From a virus, in the IMG/VR virus record IMGVR_UViG_3300035670_000163, positions 6,385-70,384 of that record: a DNA stretch of 64,000 nt; one strand, written 5' to 3'. The notes beneath the pieces were generated by a model. That model was not told the DNA's origin, searched no databases, and saw only the letters and a program-made list of their open reading frames with translations. Shown piece after piece: positions 47,801-57,970 of this stretch. Numbering within the stretch: the first letter of the stretch is position 1; the number at the start of each line of letters is the position of its first letter. The translations under genes were made by a program, and so were the position numbers.

Positions 47801-50800
47801 AGAGAAGCTGGTTTTAATTCACCATTTTCAATAAGATTTCTATTGTCAAACCCAACATCTCCATATGTAGCCTGAACATCTCTTGTTGTAAAGTTATCTA
47901 CAACAATACCATATTTCGATCTTTCTAGTCCGTTTGCATCAAGAATCTTAGAGTCTGCTGCATTTTTCTCTAATGATGAAAGTGCAACATAGTATTCGAG
48001 ACCTTTGATTCTATTCTCAAAAGAACCAATGTCATTCATTGTGAATCTTCTATTATTCTTAAATGTGGTTGAGATATCTTTAACTGTTTCCGTATATGCC
48101 GGAATGTTTAAAGTATAAATCAACATATCATTAGAATCTGTTGGCGGCGGAACAGGAGTTACCGCAGATTTACCAGAAACAACAGCAAATTCTTTTGATG
48201 GTTTAACAACAATCTTATCGATTCTGCTGAGATAGTATTCAAAACTAAATTCCGCAACTTCATCTGGATCAGCGTTAACTGCACCAGAATAAGTGTCAGC
48301 TGCAATATCTCTTGTAGGCCTAAAGTCTAAACAGGATCTCATCGAAATAACTTTACCTGCATCAGCATCTAAAAACTTAGCCATATCATCATATGTGAAA
48401 TTTGAGCCAGTTTTTAAATAAGAATCTACTGTAAACAGACCATTGTTTTGTGGAGATGGTGCAGATTGGTGGTCTAGATATTTAAATAATACCAATACAG
48501 TTGAACCTGTTGGAGAACTGTATCCTCTTTTTAATTTAATCGATGCGTGGTCGTAGTGTGTTTTTCTTTGACCATTATCAAATTCGTAATTATTTGTAAC
48601 ATCATATGTAGAATCTGTCAACATGGCTGTAGTAACATTTCCAGTTGATTTAGAATCAATAATTTTTACAATTTGATAAACGTCAGGAACTTGAAGACTT
48701 ACAGATGTTCCTGGTGTTTTTAAATCTGAAACAGTATTTGCGCCATCAAAGAAAATAGCACCAACATCAGTGAATAATAAACCATCAGTAACATTAACGA
48801 CTGTACCTGTATTTCCAGATGTTAGTGAATCACCAGCAGTATCTAAATTATATGGTACTTTTTCATGCAACGAGGTTGAAAGTGGCAATAATTGTTTACC
48901 ACGAATAGCACCACTCGTTCCATCTTCAGCATTATTAACTTTTGTGGTGACTAAGAAATCAGCTTTAACGCCTGCTGTATTCAAATCAATTTCAATGGAA
49001 CTATCACTAATAGCTGTAACTGTAAACAGATTGTTTGCAAGACTTAATACTGTGTTTGGTGTGATACCAGAGGTGCCATTAGATGTAGAATCATAACGAA
49101 CGAAACAAATAATGTTCTGTAAAATTTGAGAATCGGATAATGTTCCTGGAGAACCAGCAAACGGGAAAGTATCTGTACCAATTGTATTTAATGTGATGAC
49201 ACCACCAGCATTTGAAATTTTATCTGCATAAACTTTTCTAGCAATGAAATCTAAATTGGAAATCGAACCAGATTTCATTGATTCAAATGGTGTATCAAAA
49301 ATTAAACTTGTACGTGTTGGTTCTGTAATAGAAGCATAACCTGTTGTGGTATCTTTAGATTGGTCGTCAACGTTAGCTTCAAATGTTAAAGATGAACCAC
49401 TCTTAACAACTAAAGACTCTGCAACTTTAAAATCAGATTCAATAGAGAATGTGTTTGATGCTGGTTCAAAAGGTAAAGCTTGTGACAATGTGATTGTTTG
49501 TGCAACACTATTCGATTCTGTAATTAAAATAGGAGAAAGTGTTAAACCGGCTCCGTCTGTAATTCTAAAATACATGTTTGCATAAGCATTAGCTGATGCT
49601 GAAGTTGAGAAAGAAGAATCTAATTCAATAACTGTATTTGTGGAACCAGAACCTGGTAATGTGCCAGTAATTGGTGTAGAATTAACTTGCATTACACTCA
49701 AACTAAACGTATGAGTTGTTCCAACATCTGAAGCTGTCGAATCATTATACTTCATCATGTGAGCTCTCAGAGTACCAATCTTAGTCGAATTGTATTCTGA
49801 GGTAGAAGCAGTATTTACTTCAGTAGAAGGAACGCAATGAATGTCTAACTGAGGAAAAGTTGGTAAATCCAAATAACCAGTTACATCAGAAACAATAACA
49901 TAACTTGAATAGTTTGTTGGTAAATCATAATCAGAAACATTAGATGTCAAACGGGCTCTTGGGATTGTTAATTTTGTTGGCGCAATAGTCTGCACTTCAT
50001 AACCACCAACATAAGCTTTACCTGGATCTAAAACAGCAGTAAATGAATCCGCATCTACAACATTGTTTGCACCATAAGCAGTTTCTTCCAAAGAAATTAC
50101 AAATGGATCAACAGTGTAGTTTCCAGATTCTTCAAATGTTCTTCTTGCAAGAGTTTTTTCAATTTCATTATAGATTGGATAATCAATTTCTTTTGTTTTA
50201 ACACCTTCAACAAGACGAATAACTTCAAAGAAAGAAGACTCGTCAGTAGAATCTAAAGTTCTCTTAGAAAGTGTAGTTTCAATAACGAAACGTGTTGCAC
50301 CAGGTGCCTGATAGTTAAATGCACCTTGAGCCGGATCTAAAAGAGATGTATCATCAATCTCATCAACAATTGTTTCAGTAAATTGAATACCAACTTTATA
50401 TGAAGGTAATCTATTAACTGTCGATGCGTTGTAACCAATTTTATAGAAAAGTTCCAAAACTAAAAATTGTGGAACAATCTTAACAAATTGACCTTTGAAA
50501 TAATAAACACCTTCTTGAATGCTGGCAACATAAGAACGACCAACTGCACTGGTACTTCTTGCTTGTGCAAAAATGTTTTGACCAGATATTTTTAGTTCGT
50601 CTGATTCAGAAAAAGTATCAGCACTTAAATATTTTAAAATTAAAATTGGATTTGTTGTCGTGTCATCTACAGCAATAACTTTAGCTCTAATTGTCTTTGT
50701 TGTATTATAACCAATTATTGTTTTGTCTAAAAATTGACTAACGTCAACATCTTCACTATTATATTGGGAATCTAAAATTAAATAGAAAGCTCTATCATCG

Positions 50801-51003
50801 AGAGAAATTTTACCGCCAGTAATTGGACTACCATTTTGGAAAATATGATTACCAAACTTTTCAATTTGATTGGAAAGAATAGTTTGTAATTGAGTTAATT
50901 CACGAGCCTGTACTGAATATCCAGGACGGAAAAGTACACGCATGAAGTTTTTATCTTCATCAAAATCATCATAGTATGGATCGTAATTAAATGTGGTAGT
51001 CAT
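44803..51003 (-). CDS. Large baseplate-associated structural protein (DUF4815/VrlC-like)
   Basis: PYYDDFD..KNF.RVLFRPG..VQARELTQLQ, LARRTFEESGNY, DPLAQTF, P.VKDLR.IAL; 2066 aa. Confidence 0.85.
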   Translation of the reverse strand: MTTTFNYDPYYDDFDEDKNFMRVLFRPGYSVQARELTQLQTILSNQIEKFGNHIFQNGSPITGGKISLDDRAFYLILDSQYNSEDVDVSQFLDKTIIGYNTTKTIRAKVIAVDDTTTNPILILKYLSADTFSESDELKISGQNIFAQARSTSAVGRSYVASIQEGVYYFKGQFVKIVPQFLVLELFYKIGYNASTVNRLPSYKVGIQFTETIVDEIDDTSLLDPAQGAFNYQAPGATRFVIETTLSKRTLDSTDESSFFEVIRLVEGVKTKEIDYPIYNEIEKTLARRTFEESGNYTVDPFVISLEETAYGANNVVDADSFTAVLDPGKAYVGGYEVQTIAPTKLTIPRARLTSNVSDYDLPTNYSSYVIVSDVTGYLDLPTFPQLDIHCVPSTEVNTASTSEYNSTKIGTLRAHMMKYNDSTASDVGTTHTFSLSVMQVNSTPITGTLPGSGSTNTVIELDSSFSTSASANAYANMYFRITDGAGLTLSPILITESNSVAQTITLSQALPFEPASNTFSIESDFKVAESLVVKSGSSLTFEANVDDQSKDTTTGYASITEPTRTSLIFDTPFESMKSGSISNLDFIARKVYADKISNAGGVITLNTIGTDTFPFAGSPGTLSDSQILQNIICFVRYDSTSNGTSGITPNTVLSLANNLFTVTAISDSSIEIDLNTAGVKADFLVTTKVNNAEDGTSGAIRGKQLLPLSTSLHEKVPYNLDTAGDSLTSGNTGTVVNVTDGLLFTDVGAIFFDGANTVSDLKTPGTSVSLQVPDVYQIVKIIDSKSTGNVTTAMLTDSTYDVTNNYEFDNGQRKTHYDHASIKLKRGYSSPTGSTVLVLFKYLDHQSAPSPQNNGLFTVDSYLKTGSNFTYDDMAKFLDADAGKVISMRSCLDFRPTRDIAADTYSGAVNADPDEVAEFSFEYYLSRIDKIVVKPSKEFAVVSGKSAVTPVPPPTDSNDMLIYTLNIPAYTETVKDISTTFKNNRRFTMNDIGSFENRIKGLEYYVALSSLEKNAADSKILDANGLERSKYGIVVDNFTTRDVQATYGDVGFDNRNLIENGELKPASLMRTFKLKWSEANTSGSYAAVGTGDQKSLMLDYTTSTFAQQPYATKSIAIASALFANFKGNLKLFPEFTSEVDTGYTAKVTLNSVNGLEEAFNFVNESFKYISDQNPTWVNDKDNPFAKVVDTKWFETVTSVTDQTVNLGGNQFGNLRTTTDKVYISQGAELNMNQFSVSSSQVDVGTFVTDLSIQPYIKPTAITFNGTSLKPSSRYYVYFDDVAVDNYVIVPNIVDLSNTSPLIAGEIALIANTQTDLASNISSYFAGGTNYSAVIVTNSEKGTSNVSIVNETGKSLTGKFIFGIDSQSTLSIDSVIEHKSGMTRGVSENTITLDTEAPSVDISGNTVTLVRQTGSAEGHGAIYNIVSYNTTTKVATISETTSSTERSGSWIYTIGNNRNDSNGLRANKAGDVSGVFYPPAATFRNGERNLRITESFNNSYDLDAISFAEKTFVSSGVKLNKTTLVDTVYNIDVGVKFVGNATTPLLQSSTSTSNITSTWRVDPLAQTFFIDSEVYPNGLFVDNVKLFFTAKDDDALPVTVQIRPTVNGLPSSDFIYPESIVTKYPFEVNTTTNPDPTSSSSYTEFTFGSPVFLKPGLYSLVVLTDSPLYSVWVAEKGQTTTSNQYVSVNPYVGTLYKSQNAMEYVPFLNEDLMFVMDRCVFSTSPATFSLQNETQTSAKYIDKFRVIGKTLETFANSPITIDYSFVSKPVGGSRETSYRDISPFVTYDMGKDEYYAIGNRRKEISAQGDFTVAITISSTDNAISPLISLESMYLNAWENFVDNGEITSDDFNIIAPGGGYSNSNVVTISSNTGSGALVYLVTNGAAGNVVGVNVASSGSGYYDDFTISIPGTGQGDITSNASIALNSEFDSSGGPCLARYITKPITLADGFDAGDLRVFLSANRPGVSQIQVYYKVLSGSDTTNFNDRPYQLMECFNPTSVPSLTDTDFVEFEYRPSLTDNQVTYTSDNGTTFDSFKIFSIKIVLLSTDASITPKVKDLRIIALPEG

Positions 51004-51015
51004 TTATTCCTCGGT

Positions 51016-52356
51016 TTAAAAGCTAAGAATGAATCTAATTCTATCTGTTTGGTCAACATCTCTGGAGATTGGTGTCTTATCAGAGATATAAAGTATTTTA
51101 CCAGAGTAAAGTTCTAATGTTGGGTCTGTTTTATTTATGGCTACTCGGATTGAGCCACTTTCTAAACCTTTAATTGGTTCGTTTGTATTTAATGTACCAA
51201 CTAAATTGTTTAGATAAAGTATGTTTTGTGTCTCATCAAATGAAATAACATCTGCACTAAATGTAGCTCTAGCAATATCAACACCTTGAAAAACAATTTC
51301 ATCATTGTTAAAATCACCAACACCAGGAGAAGTTTTAACTTGAGTATATAATGTTTTAATTTCTGTGTTTGCTAAAGTGGTAGTTCCATAATCATATGGA
51401 TTTTTTACAATAAATGTTTCACGATATTCGTTATCGGCCGGAAATACACCAGATTCTTCACCATCGAAATCTGTATTAAACATTATGGTTGATGTATAAA
51501 GTTCTTCGACTGGATCATATCCGTGACCATTTTGTGGAGATAAAACTACAGTTGCAGCTGCATCTGTTCCAATACCACCAGCAACATCAGTAAAGACTAA
51601 GTTTGCTTTTGTATAGTCTTGACCTCGATTTTGTATTAAAATATCTACAACTTGTCCATCAACAACGTTTGCTTTTAAAACAGCGTCTGTACCATCACCT
51701 CCAATAGTGATGATATCTTGTGCTGCGCCGTCAACATAGTTGTTTCCAGCGTTAGTGATTCTAATAATATCAATACTTCTATTTACGGCTGATGCTCTAA
51801 CAAATCTATTGTATGATACTGGCATCCAGTTTTCCGTTAAGAATTTTTGTTTCTGTAATGAGGTCAAAGTGTACAAATATTTCCACTTATAACCATCGGA
51901 AGTTTTAAAATATGGTTCTTCTAAAGAGGAAGCAGATAGTGATAATTGTGGTTCAACCGTTGAGTTTGCAGAAGCATTATTGAACAGGCATTTAAAAACC
52001 TGATCTTTAGAATTTCTAACATAAAAATTTGTACCTGCTGGACAAACTGTGCAACCAGCGGCAGAATATACAGTATTTGCTGTCCAATCGATCCGATCAA
52101 CCACAAATGAAGCGTTTTCTTGTGAAAGTCTTTTAGCTAGAATACCCTTATCGTAGTTTGCATTCAATGCTCTGATAGACTGTTCTGGTGCTGGAGCAAC
52201 TTCTGTACCTGTATTCCAAGGTGTTTGCTTACCTAAAACAACATATAGATAAGACTTTTTATCTGCTGGAAGGTAAGAATTGGCACTAATGTCCAAAAGA
52301 TCATAGAACTTTTGAGCCAATAAAGTTTTGAGTGATGAGGTAAGTAGTGAAGACAT
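51016..52356 (-). CDS. gp8: Baseplate wedge subunit
   Basis: R.DWTANTVY, FYVRNS..QVFKCL.N, DGYKWKYLY, YSG.ILY....PI.R...Q. Confidence 0.88.
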   Translation of the reverse strand: MSSLLTSSLKTLLAQKFYDLLDISANSYLPADKKSYLYVVLGKQTPWNTGTEVAPAPEQSIRALNANYDKGILAKRLSQENASFVVDRIDWTANTVYSAAGCTVCPAGTNFYVRNSKDQVFKCLFNNASANSTVEPQLSLSASSLEEPYFKTSDGYKWKYLYTLTSLQKQKFLTENWMPVSYNRFVRASAVNRSIDIIRITNAGNNYVDGAAQDIITIGGDGTDAVLKANVVDGQVVDILIQNRGQDYTKANLVFTDVAGGIGTDAAATVVLSPQNGHGYDPVEELYTSTIMFNTDFDGEESGVFPADNEYRETFIVKNPYDYGTTTLANTEIKTLYTQVKTSPGVGDFNNDEIVFQGVDIARATFSADVISFDETQNILYLNNLVGTLNTNEPIKGLESGSIRVAINKTDPTLELYSGKILYISDKTPISRDVDQTDRIRFILSF

Positions 52357-52364
52357 AGTTTTAT

Positions 52365-55166
52365 TTATTCAACTTTTTGGAGTATTGCGGTTTTAAGAAC
52401 ACCTGAAGTAGTAAATGTAGAATCGACAAAAATAGTATTGGAATTAACAGATGTCACCGTCTTGATTTCATCATATATGAGGTTAATCGTCAAATCGGTA
52501 TCTGTTACAGAAATAGTATTCTGTGTAATTAAAGAAGAAGCATTAGTAACAAATGTAACGGTTTCTGTGTTTCCACTTGAAATATAGATCAAATCGCCGT
52601 CTTGAATGTCATTAATGAATGTGGTATTGGTACCAGTAATTACATTGGAACTACTAGTAACATTTACTGTTCCATTGGCAAATCTAGTTAAGTCTGTAAC
52701 AATAATCATGTCACCAACGTTGATAGTGTTGGCGAAGTCTGGATTTGATCCTACACCAATAATTGTATTTGAATCTGCCACAATGTTAACAGTATTTGCT
52801 AAAGTGAAACGAATAAGATTCATCGTTTCAATTTGAACGTTTGCAGCTGTTTCTTCGTTTGTGTCAATTCTTGTAACAAAAGCTTTCATGCCAATTGGAT
52901 GTACAACTTCATTTAATGTTTTCTTAAATTTGGCATAATCGTTTTCAGTCTTGATGATATAAGAATAATTATGGTATTTTGTTCCGTCTTGTAATTTTTT
53001 ATCAGAACTTACTTGGCCATCAGTATTAAGGTAAATTCCAGGATAACGAATCAGACCATTTTCAAATTTGGCAGTAGCTCTTGCTTTACCATCACCATAA
53101 AAAACAGTAGAGTTTACATTTGCGGTAACAACTGGATCGGTATCTGAAATAATTTGTTGTTGTACATTTAGTGTACCACGATAATTAAACACTCTCAATA
53201 ATCCAGAAGATTGAGTGTATTTTTCTACTGTTGCACTAAAAGTTGTATTTGCGTTAGATTCACCTTGATAGATTATTGTATTTGAAACAAATAACAATCC
53301 TTCAGTAACATTGGCAACAGTTAAATCCGCATTTCTTAAAGAAATTGTTGGAGCTTCAACGTAGTCGTATCCATAACTAACAACTCTTAATGTTGAAATT
53401 GCACCAATTCGTGATGTGAACAAATCAACATCAACGCCTTTTCCTAAAATCTCAGAAACATATAAAGAAGCATTTGCACCAGATGCGGTGTTAACAGTAA
53501 TAGTAGGTAATCTATCTTGTTTGTAACCTTCACCACCCTTAATTATAGAACCATCATCATTAAATTCTACTGTTTTGATTCCGTTATTTGCAACATGAAC
53601 TTCTGTAATTACTGCATTGGCGCCATAGCCTGTTCCTCCGGTAAATACCAAATATTCACCAACATTATAACCATCTCCGCCATTTTCAATTACAATTCTT
53701 CCTAAAGCACCAACATCATTAAGTGGTCTACGTAAAATCTTATAGACACGAACGTTTGAAATATCATTTTGAAATGGCGCACCAGTTACAGTTATTGTAT
53801 TTGAAGTTACAGAATCTATAACACGAATCTCTTCAAATCTACCTGTAACAAATAATCTTATGTAATCACCAGCTTCAAAAGTACTTGTCAAGTCTTGAGA
53901 TTCATCTCTAAGGACATTGGTTGATGCCACAATAGAAGTGCTACTGATAACTGAAATATCATTTTCTGATTCAAGATAAAAACTATAAAAATTAGGAGTT
54001 GGAGTTGTTCTATATCCACCACCACTTCCATCAGTAACTATGTAAGAAATAGGAAACACATTTAAAGATTGTGTAGTGGTAATAAAATTAATTGTACAAT
54101 TTTCAATATTTGATGTATTGGCGGCTTGATCTAAAGTTAAAGATAAACCTATAGTCTCTATACTAGTATCACTAACGTTTACTGTTCTATATGTGTTGGA
54201 ATCAATAAGAGATATTGAAGCTCTAGTTTCTTGACCAAAGACAGAATTTTCAAAACCACCAACGAAATCAATAATAGAAGAATTTACATTTATAGCTGGA
54301 TCTCTAAACCCAAAACCACCATTGATAATCGAAACTTCAGTTACGGAACCTTTTGTCACTTCACCAACAGTTGCAATAGCACCAACTGGATTACCTGAAG
54401 TTGGATTTAAACCACCTAAAATTGTTACTGGATCGCCTTGATAACCTGTAGTGGTGTCGTAACCATTGTAAAATAATCCCCTATAATCTGGATTAATTTT
54501 GAGTTCTGATAAAGAACCAATCAATCTTCCCGTAACAGTAACAGTATTTCCATTATCTGTGTAAGATCCAGTAATCTGTTCACCAGTTGCAAACAATTTA
54601 TTAACATTAGAAATATACAATTCGATATATTCAATACCAAGTTGTCTATCGATAGATTGTACAATGTTTTCTACGATTGCTGTTGCTTGAGAAGTTACAC
54701 CTTTAATTCTAACGCCAGTTAAATTAAAAATATTGTTGTCGTCTGTGTCAACACGTAATGCTAGCGGTAAAACCCATTTACCATCTGAAGCAATTAATAC
54801 ATCTTCTTTAGGGTAATAGATTTCAATATTTTCACCGTAAAGTACCCTAAAAAGAAATTTTACGGAATTTGGTGTGCCTTTTGCACGATAAAATTGATTT
54901 AAAAATTTGACAAATTTAGATTTATCTAAAAGTAATTCTTCAGGAAAATAAGGAGCCAATTCCTGTTTGATAAATTCCAAATAATAATCAGAAGACAAAT
55001 CAACATCTAAAGAATTAGAAAAATTTTGAATTACATTTGAAAGATTGTTTTGTTGTTCTAACCACTCGTAATATTTTTTTAAAAATACTACAAACGTAGA
55101 ATATTCGTCCCTAACAAAAGAAGGAAGTTGTCTCTCTACAAGAGCTGAATTTAAAATTTGTGTCAT
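52365..55166 (-). CDS. gp7: Baseplate wedge protein (gp7-like)
   Basis: QLPSFV..Y..F..FL..YYEWLE, FYRAKGT..S..FLFR.LYG, LQDG..Y..YSY.IK, VHPIG; between gp6 and gp8. Confidence 0.7.
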   Translation of the reverse strand: MTQILNSALVERQLPSFVRDEYSTFVVFLKKYYEWLEQQNNLSNVIQNFSNSLDVDLSSDYYLEFIKQELAPYFPEELLLDKSKFVKFLNQFYRAKGTPNSVKFLFRVLYGENIEIYYPKEDVLIASDGKWVLPLALRVDTDDNNIFNLTGVRIKGVTSQATAIVENIVQSIDRQLGIEYIELYISNVNKLFATGEQITGSYTDNGNTVTVTGRLIGSLSELKINPDYRGLFYNGYDTTTGYQGDPVTILGGLNPTSGNPVGAIATVGEVTKGSVTEVSIINGGFGFRDPAINVNSSIIDFVGGFENSVFGQETRASISLIDSNTYRTVNVSDTSIETIGLSLTLDQAANTSNIENCTINFITTTQSLNVFPISYIVTDGSGGGYRTTPTPNFYSFYLESENDISVISSTSIVASTNVLRDESQDLTSTFEAGDYIRLFVTGRFEEIRVIDSVTSNTITVTGAPFQNDISNVRVYKILRRPLNDVGALGRIVIENGGDGYNVGEYLVFTGGTGYGANAVITEVHVANNGIKTVEFNDDGSIIKGGEGYKQDRLPTITVNTASGANASLYVSEILGKGVDVDLFTSRIGAISTLRVVSYGYDYVEAPTISLRNADLTVANVTEGLLFVSNTIIYQGESNANTTFSATVEKYTQSSGLLRVFNYRGTLNVQQQIISDTDPVVTANVNSTVFYGDGKARATAKFENGLIRYPGIYLNTDGQVSSDKKLQDGTKYHNYSYIIKTENDYAKFKKTLNEVVHPIGMKAFVTRIDTNEETAANVQIETMNLIRFTLANTVNIVADSNTIIGVGSNPDFANTINVGDMIIVTDLTRFANGTVNVTSSSNVITGTNTTFINDIQDGDLIYISSGNTETVTFVTNASSLITQNTISVTDTDLTINLIYDEIKTVTSVNSNTIFVDSTFTTSGVLKTAILQKVE

Positions 55167-55170
55167 TTAT

Positions 55171-57243
55171 TTAAACTTTATTCAGTTCTATAACAATACT
55201 TGTTGGATCGGTCTCATCAAAAACCAACATCTTATTTTTTTCAGAAGAAATAACACTTACTTTTGGTCTAATGTTAACGCTCAATTCTTTAAAGTCATTT
55301 GAAATATCTAATGGATTAAAATCATTAATATAAATTTTACCTAAAACGTAATCAATAGTTCCCATTATGCCATTATTTTTAGAGTAGTTCAAAATAATTT
55401 TAGTGTTCTGATTTGTAACTTCATCTGGTTTATAATAGAATATCCTTAGTTGGCCATATCTGCCTTCAAGAACTGCTTCAGCAGTTGCTAATTGGCCGCC
55501 GCCACCAGAGATTCTTATCGATGCTGTTGTATATCCAACGCCAGGATTTGTTACTGTAATAGATTGAATTCTTCCGTTCACAATTTCTGCAACGGCTGTC
55601 GCACCTTCTCCGTCACCAACAATTGTAATAGTTGGAGTGGTAGTGAAATTGATACCTGGATTAATAACTGTAATAGATTCGACGCCAGTAAATGATGAAG
55701 GCACTTCTTCAAAGAAACATAGTCTCTCGATACCTTCTTCATCTAACATGGTAAATTCTGGTCCAGAATACAAGTTATCTAGAGTTGTACCTTTTTGCAG
55801 TGGAACTCCATAATCTAAAACATAACTATCTGTATTAATTAAATCTGGTCTAAATCTTTTTGATAAGAAAATTTCCAATTCATTTGAAATAATAGATTTG
55901 TCTGTACTATCAATTTGTGTTCTTAGTTGTGAAGATTTGAAAAGAGAATTAAATTGATTTAAATTAGAATTAGAGAAATTAACAATAGTATTGCTGACTA
56001 AAGTCTTTAGTGCATTTACATTAACGATAGTTTTAGATGAATCATAATATACTTTAGAAACATATTTGATATAATTGTAATCGACATCTAAAACTTCTGG
56101 CGTTACTGTAAGAACACTAATTGGCTTTAAAACATCATTTTTCAAAAATTCTTTTTGCGTATCAGTTACTTCAAAACCTTGTTTTGGTTTTACAGACACA
56201 AAAACTTTACCATAAACTGGCGGAACATTTTCTTCTCCGCCCCATACGTTAACCGCCTCATATTGTGGGAAGTTTTGTTGAATTAATTTGATGTAGTCGT
56301 TTTTAGTGACTGCACGATTCTGTGAAGTAAATTGCAAAGGCGAAGAAAATTTAATTTGGTCGACAGTTTCTTTTTCTGCTCCACCTGCAGCATACGAAAC
56401 AGGACTTACTGTGAAATTTGAATAACCTCCTACTAAAGAAGTCGCAATAAAATTATTAGCTCTATTAGCCAAACTTCCGTGTGTAACCAAATACGAAACC
56501 GTTACGATTCCACCATCTGGTATTTTCTTACCTAAAACACCATCTCCAAAATAGATTTGATATTTTTCATCATTACCTTCTTGTAAAAAATAAACTTCAG
56601 ACGTAGAATCAATTGTCAAGACATCTTCATTTAGTGTATAGATTGTCGTATCTGTATTGGAAACTGATTGTTGTACATATACAATCATTGTGCTCGTATC
56701 TACGTCAGCATCAGGCAATGTGAAAATTTGTTTTGGATTTATGGCATCGTTTTGTGTGAAAGAATAATTCTTTAATGTTCCTTCATAAATTTTTAAATTT
56801 GAAAATACAAAATTATTTGCTGTTTTAGAAACAGTAACATCTTCCAGTGTTACGAAATTATAGGCTTTATTATCAACCAATTCACTCAAGAAAACATAAC
56901 CTTTTGGAAGTGTTAGTGAACCAGTAGCTGAAGATAAACTATCAACAGTAAAATTGATTGTTGCTAATGGAGCAGACATGGATCTTGGTGTGTAACCAAA
57001 CTTCTTTGCATGAGATACAACGGAATTTCTAAGAACGGAACTATCTAAGAATGATTCGTTTGCCAGCATATTCATATAATATGCGTTATAGTGCGTATTA
57101 TATGCCAAAATATCAAGTAGAATATTTAGACCAGAGCCCTCAAAATCGTAGTCTGTAAATTCATCTTGACTTTGCAAGAAAGTTTTTAGATTAGTTTTGA
57201 TCGTGTCAAAATCTAATTCGGTTACATTTAAGCGGCTAGCCAT
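55171..57243 (-). CDS. gp6: Baseplate wedge subunit
   Basis: LDFDTIK.NL, FTDYDFEGSGL..LLD.LAYNTHY, QNRAVT..DY, WGGE. Confidence 0.96.
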   Translation of the reverse strand: MASRLNVTELDFDTIKTNLKTFLQSQDEFTDYDFEGSGLNILLDILAYNTHYNAYYMNMLANESFLDSSVLRNSVVSHAKKFGYTPRSMSAPLATINFTVDSLSSATGSLTLPKGYVFLSELVDNKAYNFVTLEDVTVSKTANNFVFSNLKIYEGTLKNYSFTQNDAINPKQIFTLPDADVDTSTMIVYVQQSVSNTDTTIYTLNEDVLTIDSTSEVYFLQEGNDEKYQIYFGDGVLGKKIPDGGIVTVSYLVTHGSLANRANNFIATSLVGGYSNFTVSPVSYAAGGAEKETVDQIKFSSPLQFTSQNRAVTKNDYIKLIQQNFPQYEAVNVWGGEENVPPVYGKVFVSVKPKQGFEVTDTQKEFLKNDVLKPISVLTVTPEVLDVDYNYIKYVSKVYYDSSKTIVNVNALKTLVSNTIVNFSNSNLNQFNSLFKSSQLRTQIDSTDKSIISNELEIFLSKRFRPDLINTDSYVLDYGVPLQKGTTLDNLYSGPEFTMLDEEGIERLCFFEEVPSSFTGVESITVINPGINFTTTPTITIVGDGEGATAVAEIVNGRIQSITVTNPGVGYTTASIRISGGGGQLATAEAVLEGRYGQLRIFYYKPDEVTNQNTKIILNYSKNNGIMGTIDYVLGKIYINDFNPLDISNDFKELSVNIRPKVSVISSEKNKMLVFDETDPTSIVIELNKV

Positions 57244-57648
57244 TTATCTTACTCGTTCTAAGAAAAAATTAATTGTTATTGGATTTGTTAAGTTGTTTAT
57301 AATAAATTCCATATCAACAACGAAACGGTTGTTATCGTAATCTGGAAGAACCGAAACTTTATTTACTCTCGCTCTCGGTTCAAAATTTTTAATTACCTGC
57401 AATATTTCTCTTTCTAGAGCTGCGGCATTTATAGCATCTACATTTTCAAACAATAATCTTTGTACATTTGAACCCAAATCTGGTTGGAATGGTCTTTCAT
57501 AATGATTTGTCAGTATCAAATTTTTTATTGAATTGATTACTGCTCTTTCTCCAGAATGTTTAGAGACATCTTTTTTGACTGGATGAACAGTAAAATTCAA
57601 GTCTAAATCTTTATAGACTCTAGTTACGTTTGTTGTTGTTATAGCCAT
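57244..57648 (-). CDS. gp25: Baseplate wedge subunit
   Basis: YKDLDLNF, SIKNLILT..ERPFQP..GS, FEPRA. Confidence 0.95.
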   Translation of the reverse strand: MAITTTNVTRVYKDLDLNFTVHPVKKDVSKHSGERAVINSIKNLILTNHYERPFQPDLGSNVQRLLFENVDAINAAALEREILQVIKNFEPRARVNKVSVLPDYDNNRFVVDMEFIINNLTNPITINFFLERVR

Positions 57649-57660
57649 ATCTTATTTATT

Positions 57661-57969
57661 CTAATCTCCAGCAAAAACATTGGAAGAACCTTGTATAATT
57701 GCACCAGCATCAGTTGAATCTCCAACTCTGGCGATTGGTATTCCACCAACATAAACTGTTCCAGAACCAACATTAATAACGGCCGAATGGGGGACACATG
57801 CTGAGCCTGCTGGAATTGTATGTGGTGCTACTGGATTACCTTTACATTCAACACCAATACCATTGACATATACACTTACAGATTCACCAGTAGGACCGAT
57901 GACCGTTGAAACGGCATCGCAACCGTGGCCAGTTGTCGTAGAATCACCTTTTCTCGCTACTGCTGGCAT
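57661..57969 (-). CDS. PAAR spike-tip protein (gp5.4-like)
   Basis: MPAVARKGD..TGHGC, PHT, PHS, PIARVGD, GSSNVFAG. Confidence 0.92.
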   Translation of the reverse strand: MPAVARKGDSTTTGHGCDAVSTVIGPTGESVSVYVNGIGVECKGNPVAPHTIPAGSACVPHSAVINVGSGTVYVGGIPIARVGDSTDAGAIIQGSSNVFAGD

Positions 57970-57970
57970 A